A DNA stretch of 62,472 bases, the filler included, from Globobulimina sp. (Eukaryota), in assembly GCA_003354225.1 (NCBI GenBank). It is 38 parts of 38 records of this genome, joined end to end, with 100 filler letters (N's around TTAATTAATTAA, not from the genome) between each part and the next. Parts side by side here need not be neighbours in the genome. Positions count along the whole stretch, not along the records: positions 11,537 to 13,084 come from PIVH01014984.1; positions 13,185 to 14,731 come from PIVH01014985.1; positions 14,832 to 16,378 come from PIVH01014986.1; positions 16,479 to 18,025 come from PIVH01014987.1; positions 18,126 to 19,672 come from PIVH01014988.1; positions 19,773 to 21,319 come from PIVH01014989.1; positions 21,420 to 22,966 come from PIVH01014990.1; positions 23,067 to 24,613 come from PIVH01014991.1; 30 more parts are not named here. One strand, written 5' to 3'. Under the pieces are notes generated by a model. It had not been told where the DNA came from, did not search any database, and saw nothing but the letters and a program-made list of their open reading frames with translations. Within the stretch, counting starts at the first letter, position 1. The number at the start of each line of letters is the position of its first letter. This document shows positions 11,964 through 23,305 of this stretch, in pieces. Position numbers and translations under genes: made by a program.

Positions 11964-13070
11964 TTACAAAGACGACAATAAATAAACAGGACAAACACTC
12001 AATTGAGCCTCAAGACAAATCTTATCATTTTGTTTGACATTCAATAGCACTTTAAATACAAACAAGACATTTTCTCTCTTTATACAACTTTCTGATATTT
12101 CCGCCTCAGTCGTCATTGTTAAATCCAATAATTCGATATCAAATACTCCGAATTCCAAAAAAGTTTTATATGAAATATTCGATTCACATATGGCTAGATG
12201 GCATTGACTATGTTTTTGCAAAATATTGGCAGTTACTAGTATATTATTAGCAATATGGTTGGTAAATTTTGAATCTTTACAACTCCGAACTAATAAATGA
12301 ACAAATTGCATACAAAATTCACTCGCATGATCACTATTGATATGGTCTCCTGTTCCCACACACCATGGATGAGAATCAAATCCATTTTCTAAGCATATCA
12401 AACCATTTGAATATACCACAAATTTGTTATCAATATTTTTCAATTTTAATTTAGACAAAAATACAGTGTTTGGATTACAATCACCAATCTCTGAAGGAAG
12501 ACAAAATTCAAATTGTTCAACAGACGCTGATTTGGATGCAATTGCTTCTTTTTTAGGAAGCCTTGATTGTGTAACAGATGCACTTTTATTTGCACTCATT
12601 GACAGTGAGGTGGCGATTATATGAGATAATAATGATAAGCGACCGCCATGTTTGTCATATAAATAAATGTGCGCTTTGATAACAATAACATTTTTATCTG
12701 CCAATTTTGGCCTCATTTTAAGAACAGCATAATTGGGATGTGATGCATTCAATGAATATATTTTACTGTGACAGTTTGTTAATGCTGAAATCTGTGATGA
12801 TTTGGTTTTGGTGGATCTTAGTTTGGATTTACTCAATAAATTTACACTCAATGTTTGTAAATGATACATATAAAAATTAAGAACACAAAGATCATAAAAT
12901 GGTTTTCTTTGGATTCTAAAATATTGACTGCAATTGTTAATATCAAATGATATTTCTCCATTTTTCTTATCAATTTTAAAATTTGATATTAATTTATCTC
13001 GATATCTTTTCTGGTGAAAAAGTCTGGTTGCTTGCGGTTGAGATGGAACTGTTGAATATTGAGCAGCCAT
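11964..13070 (-). CDS. Hypothetical protein (368 aa); may continue into ORF 11645..11998
   Basis: Long ORF in AT-rich DNA; no family recognised with confidence. Confidence 0.5.
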   Translation of the reverse strand: MAAQYSTVPSQPQATRLFHQKRYRDKLISNFKIDKKNGEISFDINNCSQYFRIQRKPFYDLCVLNFYMYHLQTLSVNLLSKSKLRSTKTKSSQISALTNCHSKIYSLNASHPNYAVLKMRPKLADKNVIVIKAHIYLYDKHGGRLSLLSHIIATSLSMSANKSASVTQSRLPKKEAIASKSASVEQFEFCLPSEIGDCNPNTVFLSKLKLKNIDNKFVVYSNGLICLENGFDSHPWCVGTGDHINSDHASEFCMQFVHLLVRSCKDSKFTNHIANNILVTANILQKHSQCHLAICESNISYKTFLEFGVFDIELLDLTMTTEAEISESCIKRENVLFVFKVLLNVKQNDKICLEAQLSVCPVYLLSSL

Positions 13071-13184
13071 GCTTAGTTTTTTTANNNNNNNNNNNNNNNN
13101 NNNNNNNNNNNNNNNNNNNNNNNNNNNNTTAATTAATTAANNNNNNNNNNNNNNNNNNNNNNNNNNNNNNNNNNNNNNNNNNNN

Positions 13185-13398
13185 TTCACGGATTTTTCTC
13201 ATTTTCATGGATTTTTCTCATTTTTCATGGATTATTCTCATTTTTCATGGATTTTTCTCATTTTCATGGATTTTTCTCATTTTCATGGATTATTCTCATT
13301 TTTCATGGATTATTCTCATTTTCATGGATTATTCTCATTTTCATGGATTTTTCTCATTTTTCTTGGATTATTCTCATTTTCATGGATTTTTCTCATTT
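13185..13398. repeat. Minisatellite, 19-20-bp unit TTTTCATGGATT(T/A)TTCTCA, about 11 copies
   Basis: Head-to-tail array visible at the contig end; no spacers. Confidence 0.95.
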
Positions 13399-13449
13399 CT
13401 ACTTAAAAAAAGAAAAAATTTACTCTTGGGTTTTTGGGGCCTGTCCCCT

Positions 13450-14315
13450 CCTAGGTCTAATTTTGCTATATACTTTGTTTCATTTTCTTTATTATTTAAT
13501 AATTTTGCATTTATTTGAGGTGGATGCGATTCATTGCAAACTTCAAAAATAAATTCAATACACTCAGAAATAGATAGCATTAAAGGATATGTTTTAATCA
13601 CAGATTTCATAAATAATATTAATCCATTTTTTTCTGTTCTATATCCCTCAGGAAATAATTTATTATCATTCCAACAAAATCTTATTTTTGAAGGATCTAA
13701 GTCATCTAACTCTAATTTATCATTTTTAGGTGAATCTAAAATACAGTTTGCATACAAAAGTGATGCAGTTCCTCCCGCAGTCGGTAATCCATAAAACATA
13801 TTGATTGTGTACCAAACTTCCATTAAATATCTAGGAAATATAATGGATTTAACATTTTCATGTAAATATAATGATGATGGTAATAATGGTAGTATTCCCC
13901 ATCTGAATGCATGACATAATTTTGATAAACATGCTAAAAATCCAAATAATTTTGTTGAATGTTCAAAACGAGCTTTGCTAATTTCTTTGATGACATCAAG
14001 CATTATTTCGTCGTAATGATGTTCTGATTTGATCTGGGATTTAGTTTCATTATGCAGCCATTTACGAAATTTTTGAATACTTTGTAATGTACATAATTTT
14101 TGCGGCATTTGATCGCAAATTCTTGCATAAACATTCCAGCTCGATGGCCAATCATCAAATGATGCAGTTGGTGGCCATACGCCGTTATAATAAGTTAATA
14201 ATGTTTTTAATGATTTTGGATATAATCCGTGTTCAATGGTTGCTACAAATGATAATGTGTGGTATTCCGAGTCCCGATGATATTCTACTGCGCTGACACG
14301 CCGTGTAGTTTTCAT
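13450..14315 (-). CDS. Indoleamine 2,3-dioxygenase-like (IDO/PrnB superfamily) protein, C-terminally truncated
   Basis: NGVWPPTASFDDWP, FLACLSKLCHAFRWGILP, IIFPRYLMEVWYTINMFYGL and GGTASLLYAN resemble the divergent fungal IDO-like subfamily (recalled pattern GAWPP..WP; HAYRW; FP..L..PW..L). Confidence 0.6.
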
Positions 14316-14831
14316 TGTCAGTTGTATTTTTGCTGGATAATTTATGAGGTTTTTACTTAAGTTGCAAAGTTGTTGTTTAATCTATTTTATGATAATTAAA
14401 CCTACATTTAGCAAGAAAATTGCATAATTGTCGGCTTTATATAAATTGTCCGCCGCATAATTGAACAAAGTTAGCTTTAATTATCATAATTCAAATGGCA
14501 ACGTCCATAAACCAAATACACCAATCGTGATTTTTTGATGTATACCGAGTATGAAGAAGGAGCTGCAAAATATGGATTCCTACTAGAAGCAATCAATGTT
14601 ATTTATATACATATTATTCTGACATCATCATACAATCGAACATGTATAAATACCGCTTCTTTATATCATTGATAAACTTATGGGGTATAATATTTCCATA
14701 TCTAGCTGTAACTAGATGTAACTAGATGTTANNNNNNNNNNNNNNNNNNNNNNNNNNNNNNNNNNNNNNNNNNNNTTAATTAATTAANNNNNNNNNNNNN
14801 NNNNNNNNNNNNNNNNNNNNNNNNNNNNNNN

Positions 14832-16231
14832 CATTTGCTTATATTTTGATAATATTCCTCTTCACTGTTCCATCGTAACACCCCTATTAAATCATAACTT
14901 TCTACCTACAGACAACCACTAAATAGCATATAAAAAGCACACAAACCGGTCTTGCTGGGATCATCGCAATACGGTTGGATCATGCTCGCGCCCCAAGGAC
15001 CAAGACTGCCGTCCATAAAATGTTTAACACTGCGCACAGTCAACAAATCCCGATATAAGTAAAACAACTCATAATCAGACGGGTCATCATAGGCCGAAGC
15101 AAAAGCATTGATTCGCACTGTAATATTAGCAGCATGATCATCAATCGCATTCTTGTATAACTCAACATATGCGGGCCCGTTGCCCGCGTCATGAATTCCG
15201 GTCAAACCGTTTTCCGAACATTCCCTCAGAACTCGCAATAACATTTCATTCTGCACAGCCACATCCGGCGCAGGTATGGCGTCAGAGATTAACCACATAG
15301 CGGGTGTACCCACTAACATTCCCGTCGCATTGCCAAAGTTGTCGCGTTCAATTTTCCCTCCTTCGGGGTCAACGGCTTTGGTCAAACCATCAGGATCGCC
15401 ACCAAATGCTGCTATGATTGCTGCAGTGTTGCCAATGGCACTCGTACCATCAGCTCGTTTTAAAAACAACTTATAATCTTTGATTGTGCTATTTTCGCCA
15501 CCATCTATATCCCAGCGGGTTGGCAATTGTGTGTCGTTCCAATCTGACCAGCTGTTTTGAGACCAGCCCCAACCTAATACCCAATCAGATGGCGTGTAGT
15601 TGTTTGTTGCGATGTATTCCGCGATGAGATGGCGCACATTTTCAATGCTTGTGGCTGGACGCAAATCCACTTGGAATATATTCGAGCCATAACTCATTAT
15701 ATGAGCATGTGAGTCAGTTAAGCCTGGCAAGATGGAATAGGTTGCATTTAATTCCATTTCTATAAAACTGGAATCTATATTTTGTGCAGTTGCGATTTCC
15801 GCTCTACAAATATTATATATGTCATGTTTATTGCCAACAAATAAGAAACGATTATTTGTTACATCCACACAAAATGAGTCGACGGCATTGTTCAACGATG
15901 GCACAGATGTATCCATTGTGTAAATTTTAGCATTTGGATGATAAATGAACAATAATTTTATTTGTGATGGAGATGAACCATCAGTAAAATCAAAAACTAA
16001 TGTAAATAATATAATAAATATGATGACAATTATTGTTAACACAATTATTGCCACGCCAAATAAAATTCGATTGTGTCTTTGTTTTGTGGTATTAGGATAT
16101 ATTGTTGGTTTTGGGTCTAAATCCAAAGATATATCATCTGTACCATCGCTAAAGTGATCACTTAGTTTCTTGTAACTGGGTTGGTTTGATTTTACTAATG
16201 GTTGTAAAGACGTTGATGGTTCCTCTGCCAT
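14832..16231 (-). CDS. Amidohydrolase-3 (YtcJ/LAF3-like) with N-terminal signal-anchor; intron 14884-14946; 3' partial
   Basis: ILPGLTDSHAH, WVLGWGWSQ, DPEGGKIERD..GNATG, GLTGIHDAG, VKHFMDGSLG; TM ILFGVAIIVLTIIVIIFIILF. The GTTTGT..AATAG intron restores PSKTG|VLRW. Confidence 0.9.
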
Positions 16232-16592
16232 GCTCAAGTTGCTGAGTTCAAACTTTTGTTTTCGAAACATATGTTTTTGTGTCACGCACATACAAATATT
16301 AATAACAGTAAACGAGTGAACAAATACAATCGAATAATAATAACATATAATAGCACATACAATATTTATATTTTAATANNNNNNNNNNNNNNNNNNNNNN
16401 NNNNNNNNNNNNNNNNNNNNNNTTAATTAATTAANNNNNNNNNNNNNNNNNNNNNNNNNNNNNNNNNNNNNNNNNNNNATAAACAGATTAAATTATGTAA
16501 AGTTATGTTGTTTTTTGTTGTAAAAGTGATCTTTTTATGTTATCATTTTCAGAGTGTGTTTGTGTGTGTATATGCACCATAATATTAACAAT

Positions 16593-17178
16593 TTACTTCC
16601 TGTCCGATACGTTTCTGTTTTTCCTCTCAATATGATCCTTCACAATTTGAGGAGCATCGTACCTCATTTCCTGATCAAATACAGGCAAATCATATTCGCC
16701 TGGTTTTCTGTTTAATTTTCGTATTTTGCCTTGTCCAGTTTTGACATGTTGCTGCGTCCTCCGATCATGAGTATTGAATTTATTATCTCGTTTGGAAAAT
16801 AATTGATGTACTTTCCCATTTTTGCTGTATCCAGCGCCCATTTTCCATACTCTTTGAACGTCGCGCACACTCCGTGGATATGGGTCGCCATATGCTAAAT
16901 AGCACAATATACGTGATTCTCCGTCGTAGAGCCTCTGTCGAACTTCAACCTCATCTCTCATATCCTTATACTTTGTAAATTGCAATCTCGCTTCGTTTAC
17001 GATATATTTTTTAAATTCCGGATTACTGCCTGTTTAAACAAGGAAAATATTGGAAATTTAATTCATCGAAGAAAATAACATAACAAGAAACCCCAACCTT
17101 ACATCGGTAAGCATGTCGCATTATTGATTTGTATAATGTTAACACTTGTTTTCTAAGAAATATGACATTTGACGACAT
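16593..17178 (-). CDS. LYRM1: LYR-motif protein, LYRM1-like (mitochondrial); intron 17030-17102
   Basis: Spliced translation MSSNVIFLRKQVLTLYKSIMRHAYRCSNPEFKKYIVNEARLQF...GDPYPR carries the LYK motif, YIxNEAR..F and PYPR typical of LYRM1. The ORF track missed exon 1. Confidence 0.8.
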
Positions 17179-18125
17179 ATTAAAGTAGAGTGCACTTTAA
17201 CGTTTTCTACATCCTAACACAAAAAATCCTAATACTCGTTAGTTCACGAACCGATCCGATCCAATCTAAAATTCTAAATCTACGGTAAAAGCACATTAAG
17301 ATATTTGTGTTTTATTATCCAATTCAAATAACAAAATGAAAATTAAAACCTACACAGTTTAATTTCAACTTCAATTACATATTGAAAGTCAGAAAACACA
17401 CATCACAAATATGAGTTTTATATGTGCGTGTTCAGGCATTCATGCCGCGAAGCAAAATGAGATTCGTATGGCACAGTCAAGAAATACACACCAAACACAA
17501 ATGCAAATCCAGGCACAACAACAACACAGAAAATCATCATTGAATCTATTTCAGGTTTCATTCTTTAATCGAAATGGTAGTAATAACCAGCCATATTTTA
17601 ATAATATAAATTGGTCTTCGAATCCAATAATTTCATCTCGATTTCAACAACAAAAATATAGGCATCAGTGATATAATTAAACCATTACAGTATATACAAT
17701 ATATAAAATTAATGATTATATATATTTATATATTGGTTTGTTACTGTTTTCTTTGGAATCTTCGAGAAATTTCCCATTTGTAAAATATTATTGCCGTATT
17801 ATAATAATTAAAGATATTTTTATTTTTTTGTTTTTTTAATTAGTGTCTTTTTTTTTTTTTTTTTTTTTTTGTTTTTTTTATTTGTTTTTTTTTTTTTTTT
17901 TTATTGATTTGATGATTTTTGGGTCTTATTTTGTTAGCATATTTTGCCTTTTCTTGTACAATTTGTTTTTTCCATTAAATCCTATTTTTATCACATGTTT
18001 TTTGTCCATGTTTTTATACTTTATANNNNNNNNNNNNNNNNNNNNNNNNNNNNNNNNNNNNNNNNNNNNTTAATTAATTAANNNNNNNNNNNNNNNNNNN
18101 NNNNNNNNNNNNNNNNNNNNNNNNN

Positions 18126-18926
18126 GGCATGTATGGTAAGTATGTCATTGCTAAAATGGTATGTATTTTGTAAAATTATATTCTAGAAAGTGGTTCCGGG
18201 GGTAAAGAAAGAAACTACAATGAATTAAAGTTGGGAGACAACTTGCCTGCTTTGAAAAAGTTGATGAAAGTATTGGTCGACAGGTTGGTATGGTTGGAGG
18301 ATAACAAACGTTTCGCTGGTTCGCAGTCAGCTCGAAAAACTGATGATGTTCGCAAATATTTGAAGGAAAAGGCCTCGACTAAAGTAGTACAAGGTGTATT
18401 GACAACCGTAGATGGTGATCCATCAAGTAATATTACTCGATTCACTTATTATTATTATTTTTATACCTCTTGCATTCTTTGTAGAATATGGAAACAAAAC
18501 GATGGCAGAATGGCATGGTTTTGCAAAAGAATTGTACAGACATATTGATCGTATCGAGGTGATCAACGACATGCTTAATGATGAAACGCGTAAGATTTTT
18601 ATTTCGTACATTTATAAATGCATCCAACGTCCGTTTTTGCAGTTTCAAAAGGAATGTCTGGTTTGACTATTGGTGAAGTAAAAGAAATCGTTGTCAAGGC
18701 TTTGTTGAGCCCCGATCATGTAAATGCAACAATGGAAAGTTTGTTCGAAAAAGGAGGTGTCCTTGTTGAGAAACGAAAACAGTTGGTCGACAAATACAAC
18801 AAGAGAAAACTGAAGACCAAACAGGCAGCAGCGGCGGCAGCAGCTGCATCAGCAATTACACCAGAACCTTTGGATGATGATGCAGGACCCAGTTACGATT
18901 ATTTTGAGGCATCACAAGAAATTTGA
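18126..18926 (+). CDS. Unknown spliced gene, 5' partial; phase-1 introns 18136-18186, 18427-18484, 18590-18642
   Basis: Three GT(A/AA)..YAG introns of 51, 58 and 53 nt join ORFs 18231, 18412 and 18618 into one open frame. AATAAA at 18990. Confidence 0.8.
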
Positions 18927-19004
18927 ACAAGTACATTGTAGGAACTTTGACTCTGTTTAACGATATTTTTTATTGTAAAACAGTTTGATAATAAAACAAA
19001 ATTT

Positions 19005-19349
19005 TTAAGAAAGTTTAACCCACACCTTATCCCCAACTTCTCCTTCAACTCGGTTGTTCAAATCATTGACTGCCAGGATGGTCCAAAACTTTTTAATATC
19101 AAAAGGTCTCGCCATAGAACTTTTGTCATCAGCAACAGTATATTCGATTAGATCTACCAAAGGGCTTCCGGGGACAAATTCGTCAACATCTTCACCAACA
19201 TACAACATTCGGCCATCTGGGTCAAGTTTTATATGAGGCCACAACTCATCCAACATACGCTTGCCTTTGGGATTAGTTAGATAACTAATAAAATCTTCCT
19301 TCAGCAGCGATTTCGAACCTTCATTTTCTACAATTTTAACGGCTGCCAT
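19005..19349 (-). CDS. Polinton/Maverick-type small conserved protein
   Basis: KGKRMLDEL...DPDGRMLY...VPGSPLVDLIEY...RPFDIKKFWTIL...WVKL matches the recalled Polinton motif G(E/R)L...PGSN(I/L)VDL...P.G...F...L. Confidence 0.6.
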   Translation of the reverse strand: MAAVKIVENEGSKSLLKEDFISYLTNPKGKRMLDELWPHIKLDPDGRMLYVGEDVDEFVPGSPLVDLIEYTVADDKSSMARPFDIKKFWTILAVNDLNNRVEGEVGDKVWVKLS

Positions 19350-19644
19350 CTTTGTTGAGATATCTCAATCCTTCTTCACAAATAGATGGAACAATCTTTT
19401 TTCTGTAGCGATGTGTGAGCAATAGTTCACGTTTTCTCTTGAGTGAGCCCTTTTCAAACAATTTTAAGTCCGACTTTCTAATCTTTTGATTTAAAATGTC
19501 AGCATTTACAACAAGTTCAGCCACAGCTTGAGCCAAAAACTTTTGCTCCTCCAACAAAGTCAAATAGAGACGTTTACTGAGACTAGGGTTACTTAGTAAA
19601 GATAGGGCACACCAATTATCATAAATGTGCTGTCCGGCAGCCAT
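19336..19644 (-). CDS. Polinton/Maverick-type small basic protein
   Basis: LAQAVAELVVN...GSLKRKRELL resembles the Polinton ORF pattern (ICE..LN; SLKxKRxLL); overlaps the next ORF by 14 nt. Confidence 0.5.
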   Translation of the reverse strand: MAAGQHIYDNWCALSLLSNPSLSKRLYLTLLEEQKFLAQAVAELVVNADILNQKIRKSDLKLFEKGSLKRKRELLLTHRYRKKIVPSICEEGLRYLNKDGSR

Positions 19645-19772
19645 AACAATTTTACAACAACAAAATCAATCGNNNNNNNNNNNNNNNNNNNNNNNNNNNN
19701 NNNNNNNNNNNNNNNNTTAATTAATTAANNNNNNNNNNNNNNNNNNNNNNNNNNNNNNNNNNNNNNNNNNNN

Positions 19773-20227
19773 CAATTTGCAAATCCATATTTTTCAACTA
19801 ATTCTCTTTGAATTTCATCCAATTCGTTTGAATGTTTTGCTAATAAATGACAATAATCATCCAATAATTTGACACCATACACAGTTAAACAGAAATTACT
19901 CCATTCCACCACTGATTTATTCGACTTATTATAATATTTTAAGGCAAATGATAATCGTTGTAAATGTTGACAGTTATGGATGATATTATTATTATTGTTT
20001 GTTGTTTGATTACAATTCATTTCATTTTGTTTGAATACATTTATATTAATTTCATCGTGTTCATAATTTAACTCATTTGAGTCAACACAACCAATATGGT
20101 CTTGTCTGTCTACGTTAAGAGTTTCATTCTGTTTATTCTCGTTTGTAGATTGCCTTTCATCGTTCTTATAATTTATCTCATTTGCTGTTTCATCATTTTC
20201 TAGAAACTTCTCATTAGCACAATCCAT
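19773..20227 (-). CDS. Hypothetical protein, N-terminal part
   Basis: ORF runs off the contig; Asn-rich start followed by the helical segment CQHLQRL..ALKYY..LLDDYCHLLAKH. Confidence 0.55.
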
Positions 20228-20340
20228 GTCTATCTACACTAATGAGTTTTATTGTAAGCTCAACTGAATTTAATACATGAAAGAAAACATAATTGTGTTT
20301 TGAGTACTTGCAACATATTTTTCGAAACAAGAATATAAAA

Positions 20341-21309
20341 TTATAAATACTCCGCGATCTCCGGATCCTTTTCATTTGCGTTTTCATTTCCCAGTGGCTG
20401 TATATTTGCACTTAAACGGGGTAACGGGGAGATACTCGGAACCGACAATCTAACATGATTTTGCACATAATTCTTTGTTGCAATATGATCACACAAAATC
20501 CTGCAAACATTATCACATTTACTGCAAAGTGAATAATATCTGGACTGATTCTCACCAAATCCAAGAAAAACACACAACGCCCATAAATTAAAAGTGATAC
20601 ACCATCCGATCGACCAAAATATGTATGAATTCACAATTGTATACAATATAACAATCAATATATTGCAGATGAGCACAGATAACATAATCGATGCCAACAA
20701 GGTTTGTCTTCGTATTGTTGCTAAAAAAATTAACTGTTTATTATTGTTTTCCTGGATTGAGTTTGTGATTAAATATAGTTTATAGTTCAATAAATATATC
20801 AAATGAGATAAGCCAAATCCATAAATTATCATCAATAAGAAAAGTAATGTCCAGTATATCACATTGCTGCCACTCACAATTTTATCAATCACAGTGGTCG
20901 GACCTAACAAAACTATACAAATCGAGATCAATATATGTATTTTCAATGTCACTCTGTTGAGTTGGTACGGTGTCTCATCAAAACTATGATGTACTTTCAA
21001 TAAAATAACAAAGTAAAATAATACCATGGAGAATGTGACCAGGACAAAAAATAACAAATACCATACAATCCATGCGTTTGTATTTGGATAGAACCTATAC
21101 ATACACTCCTCGATTATCCATGACACAAAAGCCAATCCTAAGCACGTAAATGTGCCCAAAGCCGCAAACCGGATGGATTTGAAATATTTTATATTTGAAT
21201 ATGAAACAAAAGTAGAAAGCAATAATGAAATAAATATTATTTGGATAATCACTGTGATTGACGATGTTGTCACAGATATAACTGCCAACATCGTAAACTC
21301 TTTCGACAT
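20341..21309 (-). CDS. Seven-transmembrane (GPCR-like) protein
   Basis: About seven hydrophobic segments in 322 aa and a Cys-rich tail (YYSLCSKCDNVC). Confidence 0.7.
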   Translation of the reverse strand: MSKEFTMLAVISVTTSSITVIIQIIFISLLLSTFVSYSNIKYFKSIRFAALGTFTCLGLAFVSWIIEECMYRFYPNTNAWIVWYLLFFVLVTFSMVLFYFVILLKVHHSFDETPYQLNRVTLKIHILISICIVLLGPTTVIDKIVSGSNVIYWTLLFLLMIIYGFGLSHLIYLLNYKLYLITNSIQENNNKQLIFLATIRRQTLLASIMLSVLICNILIVILYTIVNSYIFWSIGWCITFNLWALCVFLGFGENQSRYYSLCSKCDNVCRILCDHIATKNYVQNHVRLSVPSISPLPRLSANIQPLGNENANEKDPEIAEYL

Positions 21310-22092
21310 TGTGCACAGTNNNNNNNNNNNNNNNNNNNNNNNNNNNNNNNNNNNNNNNNNNNNTTAATTAATTAANNNNNNNNNNNNNNNNNNNNNNNNN
21401 NNNNNNNNNNNNNNNNNNNGGCGAAGGGCAAGAAACAATAATAATAACCCATTGCAAAGATAACTTAACAAATTGTTTTGTATGACTTTGATTGTTTTTC
21501 TTTTATATTATTATTGTTGGAAAATTGTTTTTTTTTATTGTTATTGTTTAATTAATACTTTTTTTGTTATGAAATAGGCTTTTTTTTCGAAGGATTTGGC
21601 GTTGCAATTTTTTTGATGACGAATCAAATGCATGTTGGGAAACTGTAATTTCTTTTTTTATTGATAGTAACTAGCTACAAACACTGCAAAAATGTAGAGC
21701 GAGAAAAACAGCATAAATGATATATCCCATTGGATAACCATCTGGTCGTTAAGTTGCATTTTATTCAATTATATGCTTTTTATACTTAAATGGTTTGCTA
21801 TAGTTTGTCTTGTATACAATGGGATATATCGTTAAATGTTTTTGTCCAGAAACGATCAGAATATTTGGACTGTTTCTGGAAAAACAGTGTTATTTTGTTT
21901 TCAATACACGAGTGTTTACCATATTGTTATTGGTAAGCATCGTTTGTATACTCAACACGACCAAAAACGTTAAAACATCTCAAATTTAAAAATAAGATAC
22001 ATCATTATAAAAAGGTGGAGATTTGCAATAAATCATAGAAAAACAACAAAAGAATTTAATATTTCACATCAATAAATGCATAATATTTAATA

Positions 22093-22851
22093 TTATTGCA
22101 TTATCAATTTATTTTGTTGTAATAAAAGCTGATTATTGCCATAAACCAAGGACTGATAAATAGCCACCTCATTAGCATTTGAATTTAACTCTTTCTTATT
22201 ATCCTGATAAAATATGTCATATTCTTCAGTTTGATGGCTTTGATGACTCTGATCAGTGTAGACAGTGCTTGTTGTGTCAACACTTTTATTTTCATTAAAT
22301 TCCATTAAATCATCTTTGAGACAAAATATTGTTTCTTGCATGATACGTTTTGAGTTTCTACCTTCCATTTTCGCCAATTTCTTGGTTAAAATAATATCTT
22401 TTAAGTGCTTTAATTCTGAATATACCACAATTAATTTACTCATTGTCTGTGTGAAATATAATTCCTTTATGATTTCAGCAATTTTATCTTTATTTTTTGC
22501 GATTAAATGGTAATCATATTCCGATGGAACATGCACTGCAAACTCGGGAGAATGTGCTGACAATGTAATCATACCAATGTCGTGGATACTAATTCGTCTC
22601 TGAGATTTATTCAATTTGTTAGCTTTTAAATTATAAATAGCAAATTGTGTAATCATTAATATGCGTCGTTGTTGCTTTCCTTTTGCATTTAATTTAATTA
22701 TTTCCTCTGAAAATATGACGTTTTCATCAGCTAAGCCTTCCCTTTCAATCAATAATTTAATATCATTTTTATTTGCAAGATCTAACCGATCCATACTATT
22801 TGTGTCATTTCTTTCTATTGATTGCATCTTAAGGTGTGACATTTTAATCAT
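22093..22851 (-). CDS. Stand-alone myosin tail homology-1 (TH1, PH-like) domain protein
   Basis: VIFSEEIIKLNAKGKQQRRILMITQFAIYNL...RRISIHDI..ITLS...EFAVHVPSEYDY; no motor domain in the ORF. Confidence 0.85.
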   Translation of the reverse strand: MIKMSHLKMQSIERNDTNSMDRLDLANKNDIKLLIEREGLADENVIFSEEIIKLNAKGKQQRRILMITQFAIYNLKANKLNKSQRRISIHDIGMITLSAHSPEFAVHVPSEYDYHLIAKNKDKIAEIIKELYFTQTMSKLIVVYSELKHLKDIILTKKLAKMEGRNSKRIMQETIFCLKDDLMEFNENKSVDTTSTVYTDQSHQSHQTEEYDIFYQDNKKELNSNANEVAIYQSLVYGNNQLLLQQNKLIMQ

Positions 22852-23305
22852 TTTCTATCAAAATCTGTGTTTGCACTATTATAATAATCAAAGTAATAGT
22901 AAATTGTCCCGGTAAATGTACAAAACATCGAAGAACCAACGGTATCAAAACATCTAATACAATACTNNNNNNNNNNNNNNNNNNNNNNNNNNNNNNNNNN
23001 NNNNNNNNNNTTAATTAATTAANNNNNNNNNNNNNNNNNNNNNNNNNNNNNNNNNNNNNNNNNNNNGCTTTTTAATTAATTTTCAAAAAAATTAAGTCGA
23101 GTCTTGAAAAATGTAAATCTGGAAGGGTCAAATGTGATTTCTGTTTCGTCGTCGAGATTCTTAGAAGGAATTCACGAATAGAAATCATATTTAGGATCGT
23201 AAATCTAAAAGACATACTCAATAAGAAGATAATTGATTTTGATACTTAGTGAAAAAAAAACCAACTTTAAACTAAACACAGTTTCTGTTCTTTTCCACCA
23301 ATTTA

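Noticed and set aside
13207-13552. Hydrophobic repeat-protein ORFs
   Set aside because: They are translations of the 19-20-bp minisatellite.
17843-18025. Phe-rich membrane-protein ORFs here and at 47763-47926
   Set aside because: Low-complexity poly-T/poly-A DNA.
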